Source of the DNA: Lingula anatina
Lineage: Eukaryota > Animalia > Brachiopoda
Direction of reading: 5' to 3'
DNA: 64,000 nt
Assembly: GCA_051362555.1 (NCBI GenBank)
Contig: CM120645.1
Span: forward strand, 3,162,001 to 3,226,000
This document shows, piece by piece, positions 61,101 to 64,000 of the stretch. The position numbers and the translations under genes are program-made. Under the pieces are notes generated by a model. That model was not told the origin of the DNA, did no database searches, and saw nothing but the letters and a program-made list of their open reading frames with translations. Positions within the stretch are counted from its first letter, which is position 1; each line of letters begins with the position of its first letter.

Positions 61101-61567
61101 GTGAGTTGTTAAATGAACCACTGCTAGAACAAAGAAGCTGCATGGAGCAAAAACATAACAACTTTTATTTGGGAATTTTGAGAAAATAAAAAGTGAAATT
61201 GTATGTAGTGTAATGACCAGTGTTTAATGTGAGCACAGTTGATGCCATCCCTCAACTTCGCCCATTTTACGTAGTTAGGGTACATGCAGTGCACTGATAT
61301 CACCCAAATTGTATTCTACATGTAGTTCATCTATACTTCTGTATACACATGTACTTCACTGAAATATAGATCTTACTAGTTAAGTCTAGCTATGGACTCC
61401 TGATGCCATCCAAAGTATTACAGGTTTTCTATAATGGAAGTTCTATATAACAGGTGTGTGTTCATCTCTTCTAGGATGGCGTTATGATCCATGGTCAGTG
61501 TGGAGGTTACTGTGGTCAGTGCTCTCCTTTGGACAGTGTCGGACTCAAGTTACAGCTTGTCCACTGA
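22360..61567 (+). CDS. ADAMTS9: ADAMTS9/20 (GON-1)-like metalloprotease with thrombospondin motifs; 5'-partial, 36 coding exons in window
   Basis: Exons joined by hand with GT-AG sites and consistent phases give one open frame of about 1779 aa. Domain order: prodomain end with RRKR furin site, reprolysin domain with HELGHVFSLPHD and Met-turn (VMAP), disintegrin-like, TSP1, Cys-rich, spacer, 14 more TSP1 repeats (15 in total, as in ADAMTS9/20) and a GON domain ending CGGYCGQC...KLQLVH*. The symbol denotes the co-orthologue of vertebrate ADAMTS9/20. Confidence 0.95.
23868..23951 (+). CDS. ADAMTS9: ADAMTS exon 2, catalytic domain
   Basis: ttcacag| [28 protein letters not shown] |gtaagt. Confidence 0.93.
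24793..24824. repeat. (GA)n microsatellite
   Basis: Directly visible. Confidence 0.95.
26013..26070. repeat. (TG)n/(AG)n microsatellite
   Basis: Directly visible, about 70 nt upstream of the exon 3 acceptor. Confidence 0.9.
26139..26260 (+). CDS. ADAMTS9: ADAMTS exon 3, catalytic domain
   Basis: tttcag| [19 protein letters not shown]...[10 protein letters not shown] |gtaaac. Confidence 0.93.
26719..26759 (+). CDS. ADAMTS9: ADAMTS exon 4 (41 bp)
   Basis: tttcag| (R)[13 protein letters not shown](G) |gtaaga; phases match neighbouring exons. Confidence 0.92.
27026..27131 (+). CDS. ADAMTS9: ADAMTS exon 5, first half of the zinc-binding motif
   Basis: cccag| [36 protein letters not shown] |gtaagt. 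Confidence 0.95.
27545..27697 (+). CDS. ADAMTS9: ADAMTS exon 6, third zinc ligand and Met-turn
   Basis: ccttcag| [11 protein letters not shown]...[28 protein letters not shown] |gtaagt. Confidence 0.94.
28144..28300 (+). CDS. ADAMTS9: ADAMTS exon 7, end of catalytic domain and start of disintegrin-like domain
   Basis: ctgcag| [11 protein letters not shown]...[25 protein letters not shown] |gtatgt. Confidence 0.93.
29679..29783 (+). CDS. ADAMTS9: ADAMTS exon 8, disintegrin-like domain
   Basis: tttcag| [35 protein letters not shown] |gtctgt. Confidence 0.92.
30050..30192 (+). CDS. ADAMTS9: ADAMTS exon 9, central TSP1 repeat
   Basis: ctccag| WCMRGEC...[30 protein letters not shown] |gtatgt. 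Confidence 0.94.
30539..30602 (+). CDS. ADAMTS9: ADAMTS exon 10, end of central TSP1
   Basis: tttcag| [21 protein letters not shown] |gtaaga. Confidence 0.93.
30905..31022 (+). CDS. ADAMTS9: ADAMTS exon 11, Cys-rich domain
   Basis: cccag| [39 protein letters not shown] |gtaagt. Confidence 0.93.
31356..31492 (+). CDS. ADAMTS9: ADAMTS exon 12, Cys-rich domain
   Basis: tttcag| [15 protein letters not shown]...[21 protein letters not shown] |gtaagc; an alternative in-frame acceptor would start the exon at 31338. Confidence 0.88.
31723..31843 (+). CDS. ADAMTS9: ADAMTS exon 13, end of Cys-rich domain
   Basis: tttcag| [27 protein letters not shown]...VVF(G) |gtaatg. Confidence 0.93.
32365..32460 (+). 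CDS. ADAMTS9: ADAMTS exon 14, spacer domain
   Basis: tttcag| [19 protein letters not shown]...DDTYL(A) |gtgagg. Confidence 0.93.
32786..32952 (+). CDS. ADAMTS9: ADAMTS exon 15, spacer domain
   Basis: ttctag| [16 protein letters not shown]...[26 protein letters not shown] |gtaata. Confidence 0.93.
33546..33672 (+). CDS. ADAMTS9: ADAMTS exon 16, end of spacer and start of TSR2
   Basis: cccag| [16 protein letters not shown]...[15 protein letters not shown](G) |gtaata. Confidence 0.92.
33893..34019 (+). CDS. ADAMTS9: ADAMTS exon 17, TSR2
   Basis: attag| [22 protein letters not shown]...EKCNTDCSL |gtaagt. Confidence 0.91.
34193..34400 (+). CDS. ADAMTS9: ADAMTS exon 18, TSR3
   Basis: cttcag| [16 protein letters not shown]...[13 protein letters not shown] |gtagat. 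Confidence 0.92.
34639..34803 (+). CDS. ADAMTS9: ADAMTS exon 19, TSR4
   Basis: cccag| [16 protein letters not shown]...[12 protein letters not shown] |gtgagt. Confidence 0.93.
35083..35247 (+). CDS. ADAMTS9: ADAMTS exon 20, TSR5
   Basis: tttcag| [16 protein letters not shown]...[12 protein letters not shown] |gtaagc. Confidence 0.93.
35290..35331. repeat. (ATT)n microsatellite
   Basis: Directly visible in intron 20. Confidence 0.9.
35616..35873 (+). CDS. ADAMTS9: ADAMTS exon 21, TSR6 plus poly-Thr linker
   Basis: ttccag| [16 protein letters not shown]...C-T13-P-T11[15 protein letters not shown] |gtaagc. Confidence 0.92.
36236..36403 (+). CDS. ADAMTS9: ADAMTS exon 22, TSR7
   Basis: tctcag| [16 protein letters not shown]...[11 protein letters not shown] |gtaagt. 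Confidence 0.93.
36460..36489. repeat. (GA)n microsatellite
   Basis: Directly visible in intron 22. Confidence 0.95.
36635..36946 (+). CDS. ADAMTS9: ADAMTS exon 23, TSR8 plus linker
   Basis: tttag| [16 protein letters not shown]...HWRAGRWSE |gtgtgt. Confidence 0.91.
37282..37440 (+). CDS. ADAMTS9: ADAMTS exon 24, TSR9
   Basis: tttcag| [16 protein letters not shown]...[11 protein letters not shown] |gtgagt. Confidence 0.93.
37715..38011 (+). CDS. ADAMTS9: ADAMTS exon 25, TSR10 plus GQ/RGH linker
   Basis: tttcag| [16 protein letters not shown]...[11 protein letters not shown] |gtaggc. Confidence 0.92.
44924..45199 (-). repeat. 3' LTR, 276 bp
   Basis: Direct repeat of 49178-49453; preceded on the - strand by the polypurine tract. 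Confidence 0.96.
45200..45210 (-). other. Polypurine tract
   Basis: - strand GGGGGGAGGTA immediately before the 3' LTR. Confidence 0.9.
45258..48404 (-). CDS. pol: Retrotransposon Pol polyprotein (protease, RT, RNase H, integrase), probably expressed by -1 frameshift from gag
   Basis: Intact 1048-codon frame. Motifs: LVDTGA (protease), YLDD (RT), VDASD (RNase H), HNLCH...CHAC zinc finger, VDLVG/TSDQG/VERFH DDE triad, and the GPY module. Confidence 0.96.
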   Translation of the reverse strand: MSNVYTKTTGKRQSQQKLVSTAGLSDAPQISTINMGTITVSDIVTGRTFLVDTGAEESVFPANRFDRQRTSGPSLIAANGTKIPTYGKRKMILKLGKGTKFTQEFWVADVTQPILGADFFTTHRLAIDLSNRKLISLDGKTVIHAHLTRSQQQGIHKVHTRYEAVLEHYPELLVSSFKENKHGVEHHIPTVGSPVKARVRRLDQEKLTAAKMEFKEMENLGIVRRSSSPWSSPLHIVKKNNGGWRPCGDYRRLNDITIDDRYPLPHIQDLNSSLNGKTIFSKIDLIRGYHQIPVAKHDIPKTAVITPFGLYEFLKMPFGLKNAAQAFQRLMDGILQELDCCFVYLDDILIASSTPEQHEEDLKAVFNLLRTNGLVINKKKCVFGQSDVEFLGHSVSAAGVQPLAEKVKAVADFPPPKDKKGLQRFLGMLNFYHRFLPGIAHRIIPLTEATKGRAKTLQWTPECQLAFQDAKMALASATMLHHPEPQAATKISVDASDAAIGAELSQFQSGMWKPIAFFSRKLTPTQKRYSTFDRELLAIYSTIRHFRYFLEGRPFTIFTDHKPLTFAFKSTSDRSPRQERQLSFIAEFTTDIRHISGTDNIVPDTLSRAPVETDEPLIASTATMPTIDLTQLAASQKTDTKMVELCANPGSLKLKEVNFGEVKLLCDTTTSRPRPVVPPSMTRIIFEAIHNLCHPGTKPTIRAISSRYVWPGLKKDIRNWVKSCHACQTSKIGRHTRAPLTTFDPPDRRFGDIHVDLVGPLPPSENNKYLLTIVDRFTRWPEAVPLPNAEAVTCAKALLCSWISRFGVPDSITSDQGRQFTSELWRELNKVLGIQPNTTTAYHPQSNGMVERFHRRLKEALKTRLDNARWMDQLPIVLLGIRSTWKEDIDASPALLTYGTNIRVPGDFIPNTTDDKFFPNNEFVQELQQTMQKLAPAPPSRHGQIGTYVPFDLQQAEHVYVRHDAHRGTLIRPYDGPYLVISRSDKYFDILRNGQTIRVSVDRLKPAYSNPVSVHNQTVNPQTKPETCLSPTLIKTRSGRIVKKPERF
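48323..48377 (-). promoter_or_regulatory. -1 programmed ribosomal frameshift signal: slippery heptamer plus H-type pseudoknot
   Basis: G_GGA_AAC in the gag frame (48377-48371), 6-nt spacer, stem 1 GCCAGCAG/CTGCTGGT, stem 2 GAGCA/TGCTC; pol lies in the -1 frame. Confidence 0.8.
48350..49156 (-). CDS. gag: Retrotransposon Gag, 268 aa, with C-terminal CHCC-type zinc knuckle
   Basis: Intact ORF; N-terminal KAPPFW...AWF motif typical of CsRn1-type Gag; C-terminal [23 protein letters not shown]. Confidence 0.9.
   Translation of the reverse strand: MDSDGIKQLADAIRQQTLDIYQGSTVQTISAVSFKAPPFWNTNASAWFLRLESSFATHQPAITNDLTKFHHVVQLLDSSTSRRVQSVIERPPQTGKYEALKHALLEAYEATQYQKDTALLNINGLGDKRPTELLMHMRSLNADPSTLFRTLFINQMPTEVRRILAQSPEVDLDTLAKMADRILEVDPLTPSSISVTTTVPEENLTTITDTEINAMKSQNQRTGTIKFKLCKYHSWFGHKARKCEQIIDGCPCPMSTRRQQGNDKASRN
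49160..49176 (-). other. Primer binding site, tRNA-Trp
   Basis: - strand TGGTGACACCGACGTGA, 1 nt inside the 5' LTR; 16/17 match to the tRNA-Trp PBS TGGTGACCCCGACGTGA. Confidence 0.88.
49178..49453 (-). repeat. 5' LTR, 276 bp
   Basis: Direct repeat of 44924-45199 with no differences seen by eye; ends TGTAG...CTACA; followed on the - strand by the PBS. Confidence 0.96.
51673..52023. promoter_or_regulatory. Intronic promoter/enhancer-like motif cluster
   Basis: CCAAT/ATTGG at 51677, 51757, 51818, 51909, 51929 and 51936; DR1 TGACCTTTGACCC at 51731; octamer ATGCAAAT at 51773; RFX X-box-like GCTGTCATGGCAAC at 51783; GC box at 51990; CRE-like GACGTCA at 52017. Confidence 0.5.
54988..55152 (+). CDS. 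ADAMTS9: ADAMTS exon 26, TSR11
   Basis: ttacag| [16 protein letters not shown]...[11 protein letters not shown] |gtaagt. Confidence 0.93.
56923..57093 (+). CDS. ADAMTS9: ADAMTS exon 27, TSR12
   Basis: taatag| [16 protein letters not shown]...[14 protein letters not shown] |gtgagt. Confidence 0.92.
57390..57566 (+). CDS. ADAMTS9: ADAMTS exon 28, TSR13
   Basis: ttgcag| [16 protein letters not shown]...[12 protein letters not shown] |gtaagt. Confidence 0.93.
57815..58006 (+). CDS. ADAMTS9: ADAMTS exon 29, TSR14
   Basis: catcag| [16 protein letters not shown]...[10 protein letters not shown] |gtaagt. Confidence 0.93.
58437..58572 (+). CDS. ADAMTS9: ADAMTS exon 30, TSR15
   Basis: tgctag| [16 protein letters not shown]...[10 protein letters not shown](C) |gtaaga. 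Confidence 0.92.
59002..59093 (+). CDS. ADAMTS9: ADAMTS exon 31, GON domain start
   Basis: ttacag| [30 protein letters not shown] |gtaaga. Confidence 0.92.
59097..59313. mobile_element. MITE, about 217 bp, inserted in the splice donor of exon 31
   Basis: Imperfect TIR of about 35 bp, AGACCCCATTCCCACAGATTTTAGATCGATCTATC versus revcomp AGAGTGCATTCCTATAGATTTAGATCGATCCATC; flanked by TA at 59095-59096 and 59314-59315. Confidence 0.75.
59677..59771 (+). CDS. ADAMTS9: ADAMTS exon 32, GON domain
   Basis: ttttag| [31 protein letters not shown](R) |gttggt. Confidence 0.93.
60251..60387 (+). CDS. ADAMTS9: ADAMTS exon 33, GON domain
   Basis: ttacag| [19 protein letters not shown]...[18 protein letters not shown] |gtaagt. 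Confidence 0.93.
60568..60659 (+). CDS. ADAMTS9: ADAMTS exon 34, GON domain
   Basis: tttcag| [30 protein letters not shown] |gtaacc. Confidence 0.93.
60996..61100 (+). CDS. ADAMTS9: ADAMTS exon 35, GON domain
   Basis: tttag| [35 protein letters not shown] |gtgagt. Confidence 0.93.
61475..61567 (+). CDS. ADAMTS9: ADAMTS exon 36, GON domain end and stop codon
   Basis: ttctag| [30 protein letters not shown]. Confidence 0.93.
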   Translation, partial: DGVMIHGQCGGYCGQCSPLDSVGLKLQLVH

Positions 61568-61610
61568 CATCTGTGATGTTGGCTCTTAGACCAAAAATAT
61601 ACTTACAAAG

Positions 61611-62028
61611 GTATGTAGAATTATCATTAAGTTGTCCGTCTCAGGGCTGCACTGGTCAAATTGGAGGTGAAAATTATCATGATACTGTTTAAGAGCCATA
61701 TTTGCCAAATTGAAAGCAAATGGGATCGTAAAACTTTTAAATCATACTGGCCAAATATAAGGCAACAATTATTATTTTCAAAATTTAGATCTAAATGAGT
61801 AACACAAACTCACCACTAGCTCCTTCAGTTTTTAGTTGAATTCCTGTTTTATGGAATAGTTTATTAAATTGACTTTATGGCTGATCTTCATTTACATATT
61901 CTAATAGTTGACCTGATTTTGCAATTAACTATGATTGTCAGTTACTTAAATTAGATGATTATGTTTTGTAATATGATTGTTTTTTTATTGTTATTGCACA
62001 CATTTTAAACTTAATTATTCCTTTTCAG
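61611..62028 (+). other. Putative intron in the ADAMTS 3' UTR
   Basis: AAG|GTATGT donor 43 nt after the stop codon, and CTTAAT...TTCCTTTTCAG| acceptor. Confidence 0.45.
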
Positions 62029-63761
62029 ATCTCATAACTCAAGCCATCCCAGATAATCTCCAAATGCAAAGATACTCAGTAGCTACTGCACTGCCACCTA
62101 TAAAATTTAATATTATAAAATGTGATCATGTGATCATCACATGATCAGTTGTCATGACAAGCTGTTTCTATAACAACAAGCATCAAAGCACAGGATTATT
62201 TTTAAAAGTAGAAGAGGGGCATTTTTCATCACATAAGCTGTGATCAAACTATTTGGATTAAATTTTCTTAGATCTTGTGATCTTCTTCTTTACTTGTTTA
62301 GAGTCCATAAAGAAATTTTTGGGAAAAAAAGGTCAGTATATTCTGATAAGCAACAACCTATGCTAGACAGGGTATTTAAGGTAAAATACGTATTTTGTTA
62401 AATTTTATTTTAGATAACATTTCTGACCTAGTTTTAATGTCATAAACAAGAATTTTATCTGGTTCTGCATCAAAATGAATGAAAATACATGTAATATATG
62501 TAGACACCTAACAACATAAACACTGCTTTAAATTTAATGTTGAAAACTTATTTTGCTCCAGCAAAAGAAGCCAATGAGAAATATATTCATGTTATACATG
62601 TAGATTCAACTGTACTTAAGTTAGGAGGTTAATACTACTTAATACTGATTTGTTTGAACTGAAGATAAAAATGTCTTCCCAATATAACTGAAGATGCAAA
62701 CTGACTCTTGTAAAGTTTATTATACACTTAACATGTGAACATTGTACTGGATACAAATCCTACAGCATTAGGCTGCTACATACCATAGCCCTCATTGTAA
62801 ATACAACATTGTGGCCATTTCTAATGGCGCAGTCATAACTGTTTGTATATTAGCTTTTATTTATTTTATCAGGTTATTCCTGATTGTACATTTTGTATTT
62901 GTATTTGTAAAATTTTATATTACATTTTTATAGAAAAATATGAGATACTAAACAAAAGAAAGCCAGCCAAAAACTGCCATTGTCAGGGGGATCAAGTTTT
63001 GTTGAAGTCAATACACTCTTACTTGTACATAATTTATCAACTTTATTCTATACTGTAATGTTATTGAGATTTTTATTGTGTAGTTGTTTATGTAAATCTA
63101 CGTGTATAGGCCGTGATGAAGTGTGGGTATTATTTTTATTATAATACCAAGTTTAACGTAGTTGTTATAACCGAAGTTTTTGTCTTTACTGACTTGTGTA
63201 TATGTCGGTCGAGCGTGATGTTTCATGTTGCATGTTTAGATGTAGCCAACCAGATAATATTACTAATATATGGCTTATTGAAATATGTTCATTTTTAGCT
63301 AACTACAGAATTATTGTAGATTTTTCCAAGTTTTTATGCAAAAAATAACAATTTGTTGTATACATTTTTTATTAATTTTTTAGTATAGATATCATGAGGT
63401 ACAATTAAGGTTTACCTTTGATAATGTTAATGAGCGAGTAAAAAATTATAAATGCATGTAAACCGGAGAAATATGTATATTTTACATGACATTATGTATA
63501 CACGATTAAATTTTAATAGATAAACAGCTTTTAGTCCTATGGAATCAAAATTTAGTTAAAAAATAACATATGAAACATTTTTTACCATTTGGGAGCAATA
63601 ATTGCCTCTTTTGGTGTAGTTTTTAATTTTGACAAGGATCTATTTTATGATAAAAAGCATGTTGCACAGTATGGTCTGAAGTACTTACATAATTAGTACT
63701 TATTATTCTCTTGTTTTATTACTGTTGACAAAGTTTGATTTGAATTGAGTATGATTTTACT

Positions 63762-63767
63762 AATAAA
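63762..63767 (+). terminator. Candidate polyadenylation signal AATAAA for the ADAMTS mRNA
   Basis: AATAAA after about 2 kb of AU-rich 3' UTR-like sequence; AT-rich context makes a chance match possible. Confidence 0.3.
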
Positions 63768-64000
63768 GACTTGCAAAAACAAAGAGAAGTACCCATTTCA
63801 TGCTCGCACTACAAACTGCAGAAACATTTAGCATTTGAACGTCCTTTCATATTGTAATGATCTTGAGCCTTACCAGTTTAGTAGATTTATGGAAATACTT
63901 TTAAAAATTATTTAGACAATTAGATCATCGTTATTTAGAAGGCATTAGTAAGTGGAGGGGTCTATGGATTCAATTTTTTCTGAAGATTTTCTAGTAGTGG

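Noticed and set aside
61449-61474. Alternative acceptor 21 nt upstream of the last coding exon
   Set aside because: It has a poor pyrimidine tract and would end at an in-frame TAG, removing the conserved CGGYCG motif.
63113-63192. C/D box snoRNA-like GTGATGA...CTGA
   Set aside because: The terminal stem is weak, no rRNA guide is recognisable, and it lies in the probable 3' UTR.

Overview
AT-rich animal genomic DNA, probably an invertebrate; the taxon cannot be fixed from sequence alone. The window is dominated by one large intron-rich + strand gene, an ADAMTS9/ADAMTS20/GON-1-type secreted metalloprotease. I traced 36 GT-AG coding exons with consistent phases from 22360 to the TGA at 61565-61567 (5339 nt, about 1779 aa). 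They cover the end of the prodomain with an RRKR furin site, the M12B catalytic domain (HELGHVFSLPHD), the disintegrin-like, central TSP1, Cys-rich and spacer domains, 14 further TSP1 repeats and a C-terminal GON domain. I found no signal peptide or 5' prodomain exons, so 1-22359 is most likely part of a large intron. That region holds a 38-unit 50/51-bp minisatellite with a higher-order duplication, a 3' RTE LINE fragment, MITEs and microsatellites. The 17-kb intron 38012-54987 carries a complete, very young antisense Ty3/Gypsy element of CsRn1 type: 276-bp LTRs identical by eye, a TGGT TSD, a tRNA-Trp PBS, a CHCC Gag, and a G-GGA-AAC slippery site with an H-type pseudoknot. The same intron has a dense promoter-like motif cluster at about 51.7-52.3 kb. 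Several duplicated or tandem splice sites around the catalytic exons could yield inactive or truncated isoforms. I see no CRISPR array, rRNA or tRNA genes. I found no clearly new biological system; the strongest leads are hypotheses about internal-promoter and splice-switch isoforms.
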